From Candidatus Bathyarchaeota archaeon (GTDB taxonomy: Archaea; Thermoproteota; Bathyarchaeia; Bathyarchaeales; Bathycorpusculaceae), in the NCBI GenBank assembly GCA_963717465.1, contig OY970340.1, positions 2,720,001 through 2,784,000 on the forward strand: DNA of 64,000 nt, given 5' to 3'. Each line of letters begins with the position of its first letter. Position 1 is the first letter of the stretch. Shown piece after piece: positions 32,796-42,221 of this stretch. Position numbers and translations under genes: made by a program. The notes beneath the pieces are model-generated. The model searched no databases, had not been told where the DNA came from, and saw nothing but the letters and a program-made list of their open reading frames with translations.

Positions 32796-34078
32796 TGAAA
32801 GCGGTACTTTTAGCTGCAGGCGAAGGCGTCAGGCTTCAACCAATCACTTCCACGCGGCCAAAACATTTGATTAAGGTTTGTGGAAAACCAATTTTACAGT
32901 ACTGCTTAGAAGCAGTGAAAAATGCAGGATTAACTGAAGCTGTAATCGTCACCCATTACATGGGTGAGGCTTTCCCAGAGTACTTTGGCGACGGTAAAGA
33001 TTATGGTTTAAAATTGAGCTATGTTAAGCAGAAAGCTGTGTTGGGAACGGGCAACGCGGCTGCAGTTGCTGAACCATACGTTGATGATCAGTTTGTTCTT
33101 ATTTATGGGGACTTACTATTTGCACCAAGCGTGGTTGACGAAGCAGTAAAAGTTTTCAAAGCTAAAAAACCTCAAGCTGTAATCGGCGTTGTCCCAGTTG
33201 ACAAACCTGAAAACTATGGAATAATGGAGTTTGACGGAGAAAAAATTAAGCGTATAGTGGAGAAACCCGCCGCGGGGAAAGCACCGTCAAACTTGGCTAA
33301 CGCTGGAGTGTACGTTTTTACAAAAGAAATTTTTAAGAGAATCAAGAAAATCAAAGCGTCAATCCGTGGTGAATGGGAACTCACTGATGCTTTGACACTG
33401 CTTGCAAAAGAGGGCAAAACCGTTTTGGCATCAAAAATTCCAAAGGATGACTGGTTTGACGTTGGCAGACCATGGGACTTACTGGAGGCGAACAATTGGG
33501 CACTAAAACACATGAAACATGAAGTTTTAGGAAATATAGAGCAGGGTGCCCATTTAACTGGTCAAGTAACTGTTGCAAAATCAGCAATGGTACGCTCAGG
33601 AGTATACATTGAAGGGCCATGTTTTATCGATGAAGAATGCGATGTTGGACCAAACTGTTACATTCGCACAGGGACAAGCCTTGGCAAAAAAGTTCGTGTT
33701 GGAAACGCGTGCGAAATAAAAAACAGTATACTCATGGATGAAACGCATGCAGGACACTTATCGTACGTTGGCGACAGCGTAATTGGTGAAAAATGCAACC
33801 TTGGCGCTGGCACCATAATTGGAAATTACCGCTTAGACGCTGGCTCCATTAAAATGATGGTAAAAGACAAGTTAGTGGACACGGGCAGAAGAAAACTCGG
33901 CGCAATACTAGGAGATAACGTGAAAACCGGAATCAACGCATTATTTATGCCTGGCGTAAAAGTAGGCGCCAACAGTTGGGTGGGACCAAACTTCACGGTG
34001 AAAAGAGACCTACCGGCAGACACTATTGCAATGATTAAGCAAACAGAAGAAATAAAACAAAAACCAAAAGCTAAATAG
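32792..34078 (+). CDS. glmU: Bifunctional sugar-1-phosphate nucleotidylyltransferase/acetyltransferase
   Basis: LAAGEGVRLQP, PKHL, EKP, followed by hexapeptide repeats with HLSYVGDS and GDNVKTG. Confidence 0.85.
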   Translation: MMKAVLLAAGEGVRLQPITSTRPKHLIKVCGKPILQYCLEAVKNAGLTEAVIVTHYMGEAFPEYFGDGKDYGLKLSYVKQKAVLGTGNAAAVAEPYVDDQFVLIYGDLLFAPSVVDEAVKVFKAKKPQAVIGVVPVDKPENYGIMEFDGEKIKRIVEKPAAGKAPSNLANAGVYVFTKEIFKRIKKIKASIRGEWELTDALTLLAKEGKTVLASKIPKDDWFDVGRPWDLLEANNWALKHMKHEVLGNIEQGAHLTGQVTVAKSAMVRSGVYIEGPCFIDEECDVGPNCYIRTGTSLGKKVRVGNACEIKNSILMDETHAGHLSYVGDSVIGEKCNLGAGTIIGNYRLDAGSIKMMVKDKLVDTGRRKLGAILGDNVKTGINALFMPGVKVGANSWVGPNFTVKRDLPADTIAMIKQTEEIKQKPKAK

Positions 34079-34173
34079 TATTAACCCTTGCAGCTGCACA
34101 AGTTATGTAATCAAAATCATTTTTAAGAAATTAAAAGATTTGAAAAACCGATCGAAAACACTTTAGGCCGCGT

Positions 34174-34509
34174 TTATTGTTTTCTTATGTTACATTGCAT
34201 TGCTTTTGGACAGATTAAACACTCGTCTGGTAGAGGCGCGTTAATAGGCATTTGATGTAATGAACCGCTGAAATGGGCGCATTTGGCTGGTGAATCAAAA
34301 ACTGTCGGGTAATCTATAGCTTTTATTTCGATAATTTTTTCTTTTTCAACCAGAATATCTATTTTTGACATGCAGTAAGGGCAGGCGTAATGCGATTGTC
34401 TAGGAATCGTAGTTTGATCTGTGATTACTGTCGGCTTGTCAAACCGCTTCCCGCAGCCTGTGTATGGGCATTGAAGTTTCTCAGCATGGTGATTGTGAAG
34501 AAGGTTCAC
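34174..34509 (-). CDS. Cys-rich putative Zn-binding protein
   Basis: CPYTGC, CPYC, CAHF, ECLIC...C; GGGAGG SD upstream. Confidence 0.7.
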   Translation of the reverse strand: MNLLHNHHAEKLQCPYTGCGKRFDKPTVITDQTTIPRQSHYACPYCMSKIDILVEKEKIIEIKAIDYPTVFDSPAKCAHFSGSLHQMPINAPLPDECLICPKAMQCNIRKQ

Positions 34510-34588
34510 GTTTTCGCCTCCCTAAAAATCTCCTATCGCAATATTTAATAAACCTTTTCGTAGACCAGTACAGCAGAAATACACAAGA

Positions 34589-34624
34589 AGTCTCGAGCGG
34601 AATTTAGCATTGGGATCAAAGCCC
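34589..34624. repeat. Degenerate tRNA-Thr 3'-end fragments (possible old att scar)
   Basis: 34589-34605 matches the att repeat at 14/17 nt; 34612-34624 is an exact inverted 13-mer of the T-arm (GGGATCAAAGCCC). Confidence 0.45.
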
Positions 34625-34758
34625 TCTTTTAATTTTTGAATAATTCTTTGCTTCTTAGCTAGGCATGAGTCCTTATGACAATAAACGTTAGTCTTTTGCG
34701 GCGATTAAGCCATGTGTTGGAGTTCGGATCCAACGGGAAGACGGCCTCGACCGAAAGC

Positions 34759-35151
34759 TTAGTGAAGAGCCAAGCTTAGGGTCAATACGACGAGGACAAA
34801 CAGTGTTATTAGGACGTACTTGTAGTGTTTTTCCCAAGCGAAATAAATTACTGAAGTTATCGCTCGGATGTAAGGGGTCAACATCAGAATTATTACCCCA
34901 AGTGTCATGAAGAGCAAGGCGTTCTGAGTTCCGAATAGATGTTGGACTTGGTAAACTATGAAGGCGAAGAAATTTTGCCCACTGATGAAAACTGCTTGGT
35001 TTTGGGAAATCTGCGTGTTGCCGTACATTCCGTAGTACAGGATTATGCCTATGGCTTCCAGTGTGACGCTGACTACGACGCCAACTACGAGCAGGTAACT
35101 TAAGGCGGTTTCCAACTTTGTTTCGCCGCTGCCTAATCCTGGCTGGGTCAT
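34759..35151 (-). CDS. DUF1634 membrane protein
   Basis: LE..LSYLL..GV..S, GVIILMLTPYIR...F..EK...Y..ITLFVL; coupled to the TSUP gene. Confidence 0.85.
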   Translation of the reverse strand: MTQPGLGSGETKLETALSYLLVVGVVVSVTLEAIGIILYYGMYGNTQISQNQAVFISGQNFFAFIVYQVQHLFGTQNALLFMTLGVIILMLTPYIRAITSVIYFAWEKHYKYVLITLFVLVVLTLSLALH

Positions 35152-35978
35152 ATTGTGGTCACTCCCTTGAAGAGCATCTGAATAATGAGCAGAACTACAA
35201 TTATAAGGAATAGGATTTTGAGGTTTCTATCATGAATTCGATTAAGCAACCTTCCGCCTACCATGGCGCCGATTGTTACACCGATAGCCATGGGTGCCAT
35301 TAGCGTCAGGTTCAGCAAACCCGAAAAAAAGTAGACACTTGCACCTGCCAGTGCGGTCATGCCTATGATGAAGTTGCTAGTGGCGGTTGAAACTTTCGAC
35401 GGTACCTTGAGGACTTTCTCATGCACAATGACCTTGAAAGCTCCTGCACCGATTCCAAGCATCCCCGCAGCTATCCCCGCCACAAACATTCCAAGACCTC
35501 CGAGAAGCGAGTTTGTCCCCTTGTACTTTACTACCTTGTTGTTTGCCTTGTCATAGTAGCTTCCTTCAAGACCCAGCCATTTGGAAAGCCTGTCTTGCTT
35601 TTCAGGCATAACATACTTTGCCTTTAAGCTGCTCCTGAAATTGATAAAAGAAGTCGAAAGGAAAACGGCAAAGAGAAAGTAGAGGAAAACGGGCGCGATA
35701 AACACGGTTATGGTCGCGCCAACTATTGCTCCTACTATAGTGAACATTTCAAGATACATGGCAAGCTTGATGTTGGCAATCCGTTCCTTCACATAGTTCG
35801 ACGCGGCCCCACTTGACGTGGCTATGATTGCGATCATTCCACATGCGACAGCCTCCTTAATTGGAAACCCTGCGAACACGAGAATGGGTGTCAGGATGCT
35901 GGCGCCGCCTAGACCTGTTAGTGACCCGACTAAGCCGACCGCGACTGATATTAACAGTAATATAACCATGTCCAGCAT
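35148..35978 (-). CDS. TSUP (TauE/SafE) family sulfite/anion exporter
   Basis: GSLTGLGG..LTP, IIATSSGAA, AGMLGIGAG, KVSTATSNF. Confidence 0.9.
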   Translation of the reverse strand: MLDMVILLLISVAVGLVGSLTGLGGASILTPILVFAGFPIKEAVACGMIAIIATSSGAASNYVKERIANIKLAMYLEMFTIVGAIVGATITVFIAPVFLYFLFAVFLSTSFINFRSSLKAKYVMPEKQDRLSKWLGLEGSYYDKANNKVVKYKGTNSLLGGLGMFVAGIAAGMLGIGAGAFKVIVHEKVLKVPSKVSTATSNFIIGMTALAGASVYFFSGLLNLTLMAPMAIGVTIGAMVGGRLLNRIHDRNLKILFLIIVVLLIIQMLFKGVTTI

Positions 35979-36207
35979 GACTTTTTCCAACATTAAATTA
36001 AACATTAAAGCAATTTAAATGCATGCGAAGAGAGTTTATAGCGGGTTTATAGCAGCGGAGGTTGCTCCCCTTTGACTCGTTCAATTTCTTCTCTAGTTTT
36101 CATCTTCGACACTTGAGATGAGATCGAGTGAGCCATAAGCTGCGTCGCAGATTAGCCTTAATAAAAGCATTATTTGGTTGCTATTAAAAACTCGGAAATA
36201 ATTTTTT

Positions 36208-36255
36208 TGGAGCCTCGAGCGGGCTTTGATCCCGCGACCTGCTGCTTACGAGGCA
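36208..36255 (-). repeat. att-like duplicate of the tRNA-Thr 3' half (anticodon loop to CCA)
   Basis: 47/48 identity to 36958-37005; mismatch at 36237 vs 36987. Confidence 0.92.
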
Positions 36256-36338
36256 TAGGAAGGCTATTTGATCAACGTTATCGGTAGCCTTATATCGATT
36301 TGTATACATATTAAATTATTCGTTTACAGGTGTGTACT

Positions 36339-36560
36339 ATGGAAACAGAGGTCTTGTCTGTCAGAGTCAAGAAAAGCCTCAAAGATGAAGCGGAAAGGAT
36401 GGGTATTGATATAAAAGCTGCTGTAGAAGAGCGTCTCGAGGAACTTGTCAAGGAAAAGAAAGCCAAAGCCAAAAGACGTGCGGAAGAACTTAGAAAAATA
36501 ATGCATGTCACGGAAGAAGAGTGGATACAAGACGTCAAGGCAACGAGGCAAGAAATGTAA
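36339..36560 (+). CDS. RHH-type antitoxin (VapB-like)
   Basis: TEVLSVRVKKSLKDEAERMGID ribbon-helix-helix; EEWIQDVKATR tail; upstream of a PIN gene. Confidence 0.85.
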   Translation: METEVLSVRVKKSLKDEAERMGIDIKAAVEERLEELVKEKKAKAKRRAEELRKIMHVTEEEWIQDVKATRQEM

Positions 36561-36936
36561 ATATCTACTAGACGCATCAGCGCTATATCCCATGCTAGTT
36601 AGAGGAATCCCCTTTAACCCTGAAGAATGTGCAGTATCGTCACTTACAGAATATGAAATTGGTAACACTTTGTGGAAACAGGACAAGAAAAAAGAACTGG
36701 ATGATCCAAAGCGAATAGCACAAATTTTCGAGGAAAGCCTCGCTGAATTAAACAAGATTTGGGTTGATTCCATTGTTAACGTTCTAACACTTGCCATGGA
36801 GAGAAACTTGTCTTTCTACGACGCGTCATACGCTTATCTGGCTGAAAAAGAAAATATGAAATTAGTTACCGAAGATATCGATTTAATCAAAAAATGTAAA
36901 TGCGCTATTCGCCTAAAAGAGATAGAACTGCCTTAA
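36505..36936 (+). CDS. PIN-domain toxin (VapC-like); start uncertain
   Basis: YLLDASA, YEIGNTLWK, SFYDASY, LVTED acidic tetrad. Confidence 0.9.
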   Translation: MSRKKSGYKTSRQRGKKCKYLLDASALYPMLVRGIPFNPEECAVSSLTEYEIGNTLWKQDKKKELDDPKRIAQIFEESLAELNKIWVDSIVNVLTLAMERNLSFYDASYAYLAEKENMKLVTEDIDLIKKCKCAIRLKEIELP

Positions 36937-36957
36937 GCGCTCTTGTTTGGCAATTGG

Positions 36958-37034
36958 TGGAGCCTCGAGCGGGCTTTGATCCCGCGGCCTGCTGCTTACG
37001 AGGCAGCCGCTCTACCAGGCTGAGCCATCGAGGC
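36958..37034 (-). tRNA. tRNA-Thr(CGT) with encoded CCA
   Basis: GCCTCGA/TCGAGGC acceptor stem, GCTGC-CTCGTAA-GCAGC anticodon arm, GCGGG-ATCAAAG-CCCGC T-arm. Confidence 0.95.
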
Positions 37035-37152
37035 ACACTTTAGACTTATGTTTTGTTGGTTTTGGTGTTTTTAAATGTTGGTGGTCATCGCGTGTTTTGG
37101 ATTTGTTTGTGGTAAGGTTTTATGTGAGTTTTGAGTGTTTGTTCTTTAGAGG

Positions 37153-38169
37153 TTGTGTTATTTGCGCCACGTTGCGAATGGTCGAGTTTTTGGTGAACGT
37201 GAAATGATTGAATTGCTGGTTAGCCATTTTGATGTTTTGCCAAACGCTATTGTGCCTTTTGGTGATGATATAGCCGCTGTTCAGCTTGGCGATCGCATCG
37301 GTGTTTTAAAGACGGATATGCTTGTTGGTAAAACTGATGTACCTGCTGGTATGAGCGCGTGGCAGGCTGCACGCAAGGCTGTTGTGATGAACGTAAGTGA
37401 TTTTGCGTCAAAAGGTGTTTTGCCAACGGCTCTGCTTGTTGCTTTAGGGTTGCCAAAAAATGCTAGTCGCGCCACGGTGAAGAAGATTGCTCAAGGGTTG
37501 AATGCTGGAGCACGTGAATACAGTACTTTCATTGTGGGCGGTGACACTGGTGAGGCTTGTGACTTGATTATTTCTGTTATGGTTTTTGGAACATGTGAGA
37601 AGAAAGATTTGATGCTCCGTAGCGGTGCAAGGTCTGGTGACGTGGTGGCTGTAACTGGTGATTTTGGTAAATCAGCAGCTGGTTTACGCCTGCTTTTAAA
37701 AAAGAAATACTCTGCAAGTAAAGCAGTTCGTGAGGTATTGACTGATGCAGTTTTTATGCCGAAGGCAAGGTTAAAAGAGGGTTATGCGCTTGGGCAAAGT
37801 GGAGCTGCTTCATCATCCATCGATTCAAGTGATGGTTTAGCTTGGAGTCTGCATGAAATTGCAAACATGAGTAATATCGGTTTTTTGATCGACAAGATTC
37901 CTGTCGCGGCTGAAGTTTTGCGTTTTTGTGAAGTTAACGGTTTAGATGCTGAAGAATTAGCGTTGTACGGCGGCGAAGAGTACGAGTTAGTGGTTACAAT
38001 TAAACCTGAAATGTGGGATACTGCTTTGTCCGCGGTGAAGGCTGCTGGCGGATGCTTGTTGCCCATTGGAAAAGTAACCAAGAATAAAGGAGTGTTCTTG
38101 CAAAATAAGAGTGAAAAGCGGATTATCGAAGCTCGTGGCTGGGAGCATTTTAAAAGCAAAATCAGCTAG
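37153..38169 (+). CDS. thiL: Thiamine-monophosphate kinase
   Basis: GDDIAA, NVSDFASKG, VGGDT, IDSSDGL, GGEEYEL, GWEHF. Confidence 0.93.
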   Translation: MCYLRHVANGRVFGEREMIELLVSHFDVLPNAIVPFGDDIAAVQLGDRIGVLKTDMLVGKTDVPAGMSAWQAARKAVVMNVSDFASKGVLPTALLVALGLPKNASRATVKKIAQGLNAGAREYSTFIVGGDTGEACDLIISVMVFGTCEKKDLMLRSGARSGDVVAVTGDFGKSAAGLRLLLKKKYSASKAVREVLTDAVFMPKARLKEGYALGQSGAASSSIDSSDGLAWSLHEIANMSNIGFLIDKIPVAAEVLRFCEVNGLDAEELALYGGEEYELVVTIKPEMWDTALSAVKAAGGCLLPIGKVTKNKGVFLQNKSEKRIIEARGWEHFKSKIS

Positions 38170-38719
38170 TTTGATCGAGCAGGTAATTGATTATTGTTAT
38201 GCATGAAGCTGCAAGGTAAGGTTGTTTTCCCAAGCTTACTTTTTCGCCGAAACGCAAGGCGTACGTTTCAGCTTTTTTTGGTAATCCAACATGGTCGCCG
38301 AGGACAAAAACAGCGTTTTCTTTAAGCGTGGATTCTTTGATGTTTTTGCCGCCTTCTTCAAGAACGTAGATTGGCTGGTTTTCTGCTTTTTCTCTAAGCA
38401 ATGCTTCGTAACTTTTGTGGTCCTTGCTGATTCCAGGGTGACTTTTGCCTGAGAGAATTTTTCTAATTATGCTCTGCCAAATTTCAATATCAGTTTGGAC
38501 GTCGTAGAGCGTTTCACCGTTAATTTGTATATGCACGGGTGGATTGGGTGGACCATTCAGAACAGCGTGAAAAGTGACGTTTCTACGCAAGCCATGAGAA
38601 AGAAAAAGACTAGCTACAATACACTCATGAACAATGTCTAATCTTCCGGCATCATGCAAATTGTTGAAAACTGAATCAGTTCTCCCAAGACGCGAAAGCA
38701 AAACGAATTCCCGAGCCAA
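38162..38719 (-). CDS. trmY: tRNA (pseudouridine54-N1)-methyltransferase (SPOUT)
   Basis: AGRLDI, LFLSHGLRRNV, L.GPP.P, FVLGDHVG, SLG...LAASCI. Confidence 0.88.
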   Translation of the reverse strand: MAREFVLLSRLGRTDSVFNNLHDAGRLDIVHECIVASLFLSHGLRRNVTFHAVLNGPPNPPVHIQINGETLYDVQTDIEIWQSIIRKILSGKSHPGISKDHKSYEALLREKAENQPIYVLEEGGKNIKESTLKENAVFVLGDHVGLPKKAETYALRFGEKVSLGKQPYLAASCITIINYLLDQTS

Positions 38720-38873
38720 CCAACATCACACGCTAAGTGTTATTGAATTGTCTGCTTAAAGTGCTTTCTGAAATATCTAGAAAATGAAAATTTTAGCTTT
38801 CTTCGTAAATAAAGAGTATTCTGCTAATAAATCCAGTTAACATAAAAGAAAAGAAACGAAAATAATTAGGAAA

Positions 38874-39362
38874 TTAGATCATGCGCAGAACTAAATCGTC
38901 TATTTCTTTGCCTCTGTATCCTGCTTCTCCACCTGCTCTGAAACTTTTCTTTGTTTTGCCTTTGTAGCCTTTGGAGGGAGGGTGCAACTTGAACAGCGGC
39001 GTAATTTCTGGCAGTTTTGAAAATTCGGTTTTGCAGTTTACGATAGCGTCTGCTAAGTCGTCAAAGCTTTTGTAGCCGATTTTTTGGAGGTATTCATCGG
39101 TTAATTTTTTGTCGCCTGCAAGTCGTCCGCGTTTCTTGAGCATGGCAGCTACGGTTTCTTTTGATGCTTCTCCCCATGTCACGTAGCTTTGAACTCTTTT
39201 GAGCATTCCTTTGTATGAAGCTCGATTATCGATTATGACTGCGTGATTAGTATGCAGCAAGCGAAGAAACTGCAGTGTTTCTCGTGCTTCACGTTGAGCG
39301 CTTACTATTCCGCGAACTTTAACTGCGACTAAGCATCTGCACTCTTCAGTTTTCTGAGCCAT
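38874..39362 (-). CDS. rpl30: 50S ribosomal protein uL30
   Basis: GML..VQSYVTWGE, FKLHPPSKG, GYRG..I..L..RM. Confidence 0.95.
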   Translation of the reverse strand: MAQKTEECRCLVAVKVRGIVSAQREARETLQFLRLLHTNHAVIIDNRASYKGMLKRVQSYVTWGEASKETVAAMLKKRGRLAGDKKLTDEYLQKIGYKSFDDLADAIVNCKTEFSKLPEITPLFKLHPPSKGYKGKTKKSFRAGGEAGYRGKEIDDLVLRMI

Positions 39363-39363
39363 G

Positions 39364-40023
39364 TTACTTCACCCAATCTGCCGTTGTAATCAGATTATAT
39401 GTTTTCCGCAAGCCATCAAAAATTGCATGCGCATACGAGGGTACAGTTCTCGTGGAACCGTAACTTCTCATCCACAAGTCTTTGACCCCAGCTAAACCGA
39501 AAATGACCTTTGCAACCTCGCTGGAAACAAGGCCTAAGCCTCTTGGACCAGGTACGATTACTACTCGGACGCCGCCGCATTTTCCCTCAACTTGGAAGGG
39601 GACAGAATGCTGTTTTCCACAACTGCATTCCCAACTGCCGCATCCTCGTTTAATTGGAACAATGTTTAATCGGGCGTTGGCTGCAGCTTTCTCGATTGCG
39701 TTGCGAACTTGGCTGGCTTTTCCTGAACCTAAACCTATGTAGCCATCCTTGTTTCCGACAGCTACTATGGCTTTGAAACGAGATTTCTCTCCAGCGTCAG
39801 TTTGCTTCTGCACTAAGTTAACGTTAATAACTTCTTCTTGAATATCAGGAATTAAAGCGTCAACAATCTGGGGTTCAGAAATTTTTATGCCGCTTAAGAA
39901 AACGTCTTCTATAGTAGTTAATTTGCCTTCTTGAATCATTTTTCCTAAGCGTGTTTTAGGAACCCATTCTTCTAAATGCTCTGAACGCCTATCTCTATCT
40001 CTGTTAGGTCTTTCTCGACTCAT
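39364..40023 (-). CDS. rps5: 30S ribosomal protein uS5
   Basis: WVPKTRLG, VQKQTDAG, RGCGSWEC. Confidence 0.96.
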   Translation of the reverse strand: MSRERPNRDRDRRSEHLEEWVPKTRLGKMIQEGKLTTIEDVFLSGIKISEPQIVDALIPDIQEEVINVNLVQKQTDAGEKSRFKAIVAVGNKDGYIGLGSGKASQVRNAIEKAAANARLNIVPIKRGCGSWECSCGKQHSVPFQVEGKCGGVRVVIVPGPRGLGLVSSEVAKVIFGLAGVKDLWMRSYGSTRTVPSYAHAIFDGLRKTYNLITTADWVK

Positions 40024-40622
40024 GCTTTCTTATCACCCTTAAATGAACCGGTAATGTTTGTTTTCACCTGTGCAAAATGCTCAGGCAACTTTTCAGGCGC
40101 AATACTTGCACCTAAGTAGCGTGAAAACTTTGCATTGTACTCTTCAGATCCAGCAGTTAAACCTTTAGCGTACTTTGCAATTGAATCACCCTTCAAGCTT
40201 GGCTTAACAATTTTTTCTTCACTATGCGGGACATTAATGCCAGCATCAACTACTCCGCTGAGCATCGCAAACGATTTAGAACCCTTTGTGGGAGCAACCA
40301 AACCTAAATCTAAGATAGCTTCAGAAACACCCTTAGATTTAGCTTTCAACCCGCAAAGCAAACCAGTCAAGTATGCAGCTGGAATGTTGCCAGTTGGAGC
40401 CTTCCAGCCGAAAAGTTTGGTTAACTCGTGGCTGTTCGCTGAAGCTAATACTTCATCGCCATGAGCTTTAGCTACAATAATCTGCACATGGGCATTCCTG
40501 TTTGATGCTCGAGTAACTAGACGGAGTTTTCCTGAGATAACAAACGCTTTGCGTGCTTGGTAGTCAGTTTTTCCCTCTCGTCTGCGTCGAAGTTGAACTC
40601 TGTAAGTTGCGTTCTTAGCCAT
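40020..40622 (-). CDS. rpl18: 50S ribosomal protein uL18
   Basis: RRRREGKTDY, GNIPAAYLTG. Confidence 0.96.
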   Translation of the reverse strand: MAKNATYRVQLRRRREGKTDYQARKAFVISGKLRLVTRASNRNAHVQIIVAKAHGDEVLASANSHELTKLFGWKAPTGNIPAAYLTGLLCGLKAKSKGVSEAILDLGLVAPTKGSKSFAMLSGVVDAGINVPHSEEKIVKPSLKGDSIAKYAKGLTAGSEEYNAKFSRYLGASIAPEKLPEHFAQVKTNITGSFKGDKKA

Positions 40623-41078
40623 TTAGCGTTTCCTCCATAAATCGTGTGCCTTTAGGAAGCGTTCCAAATCAGCGATAGATTCGAAACGTCCACTGCCAGC
40701 CATACGGTAATATTCAGTGTAAGTGTCTTCTGCGATGATACGTTCAGCCTTTAATTCGCGAAGCTTACGTCGTAAAGACCGAATTCTTATCATCCAAGCC
40801 TGCTTCTTGTTAATCTTTGCATGAGGTGTACCCTTAACGCTGCCAGCGCCTAACCGTCTGCCTTTTCGCTTCTTTTCGCGGACAATCTTTGCTCGAGAAC
40901 GGCTAACACCGTTAATTGGCATTGGAACAATAGCCTTCTCGTGAATTAGCTTTCTAACTTCTTGACGTGTAATTGCGCCGTCCACTTCATCTATGCGTTC
41001 TGGGTCAATCCAAACACGGTTCTGCCCAACCTTTAATATTGCAGCAGCTAAACGACGTTGACCAGTCAGATTAGTCAT
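40623..41078 (-). CDS. rpl19e: 50S ribosomal protein eL19
   Basis: QRRLAA..LKVG..RVWIDP, W..RIR..R..LR. Confidence 0.96.
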   Translation of the reverse strand: MTNLTGQRRLAAAILKVGQNRVWIDPERIDEVDGAITRQEVRKLIHEKAIVPMPINGVSRSRAKIVREKKRKGRRLGAGSVKGTPHAKINKKQAWMIRIRSLRRKLRELKAERIIAEDTYTEYYRMAGSGRFESIADLERFLKAHDLWRKR

Positions 41079-41662
41079 TACTCATTATCTCCTTCCTCTT
41101 TAGTTTCCGATTTCTTTTTTGATTTCTTAGGTTTCTCTTCTTCCTCTTCTTCTTTTGCTTCCTTGTTCTCTGTTTCCTCTTCTGTCTCTTTTGACTTTGT
41201 CTCTTTGTCTTCAACGGCTTTTTCTGCTTCTTCTGCTTTAGCCTCTTCTTCAGGCGGCTGTTCTTTTACGGTTTTAACGTTTAGAACTTTAGCATTCAAC
41301 CGTTTAGCTTCAGCAATAATTAAAGCCCGTTTCTTGCGACCGACTGTGTGGGCAATTCTTGCTGCCTGAGTTGCCGTATCAATCGCCTTGATTTCTTCAA
41401 CGTTGTAAACTAGTACTTCTCGGTAACCAGAAGGATGTAAGCCTCTTGCAACTTTAGGACCTTTATAGCCCATGCTTGGTCCAGGCGGCCAACCCTTAAT
41501 CTTTCGTCTTACTTTGTTGTCTAAGCCTTTTGGTCTTCTCCAGCTTAAACTGAACTTGTCATACCTCCAACTTTCGGGGCGGTTAAAAGCTGGTTTCTTG
41601 TTCCTTGCTCTTGCCCTAACCTGCAATGCTTTGCGTTGTGGCGATGGCTTTTTCTCAGTCAT
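41078..41662 (-). CDS. rpl32e: 50S ribosomal protein eL32 with E/K-rich C-terminal extension
   Basis: [25 protein letters not shown]; about 60-aa charged tail. Confidence 0.95.
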   Translation of the reverse strand: MTEKKPSPQRKALQVRARARNKKPAFNRPESWRYDKFSLSWRRPKGLDNKVRRKIKGWPPGPSMGYKGPKVARGLHPSGYREVLVYNVEEIKAIDTATQAARIAHTVGRKKRALIIAEAKRLNAKVLNVKTVKEQPPEEEAKAEEAEKAVEDKETKSKETEEETENKEAKEEEEEEKPKKSKKKSETKEEGDNE

Positions 41663-42210
41663 TATGCAGTACCTTCATTTTTTTCATAAACATAAAGTCC
41701 ATCCAAGAAGACACGGGGGTCCTTGCGCCTTACACGTGTGGCTTGTTCAATATTTGCGGCGGTTTGACTGACATCTTCCAGGTTTATGCCTTCGACGATT
41801 ATGTCGTCAGGCTCGACTTTTACTTTGACATCGCCGATTATTTTTACTCGGCGTGCTCGGCGTTCTCCTGTAAAGTTTTCGATTATAACTGTTTTATCCT
41901 GAACTTTGACTGTGATTGGGAAGTGAGAAAACACTATTTTAAGCTTGTATGAATAGCCCTTTGTTACTCCGCAAATCATGTTTTGAATATGAGAATAAAT
42001 CGTGCCTATGAGAGCAGCTTCCTTCTTGCGGGGCCATTTAGCCCAAAGACGCACGGTTTTGCCGTCACCTTCAATTGCGATTGGTACAAATGAAAAGTCG
42101 CGTGTTAATGTGCCTTTAGCGCCTTTTACGACTACGAGTTTTTTGTCATTAACGCTAAGCTCAACGCCGTCGGGAACTTGAACTGTTTTTGAAACTTCTG
42201 GGAGCCGCAT
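41662..42210 (-). CDS. rpl6: 50S ribosomal protein uL6
   Basis: [29 protein letters not shown]. Confidence 0.96.
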   Translation of the reverse strand: MRLPEVSKTVQVPDGVELSVNDKKLVVVKGAKGTLTRDFSFVPIAIEGDGKTVRLWAKWPRKKEAALIGTIYSHIQNMICGVTKGYSYKLKIVFSHFPITVKVQDKTVIIENFTGERRARRVKIIGDVKVKVEPDDIIVEGINLEDVSQTAANIEQATRVRRKDPRVFLDGLYVYEKNEGTA

Positions 42211-42221
42211 AAATTACACCT

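Larger units (their letters stand above)
36208..37005. mobile_element. 750-bp tRNA-Thr-integrated mini-island carrying only a VapBC module
   Basis: 48-bp direct repeats 36208-36255 and 36958-37005 (1 mismatch) equal the tRNA-Thr 3' half; no integrase inside. Confidence 0.8.

Noticed and set aside
36208..36255. Second tRNA-Thr gene or split-tRNA half
   Set aside because: Only the 3' half is present, with no 5' part or evident complementary leader; it fits an att duplication.
37040..37150. Strongly G/T-skewed tract
   Set aside because: Divergent promoter spacer between tRNA-Thr and thiL; no periodic repeat or structure found.
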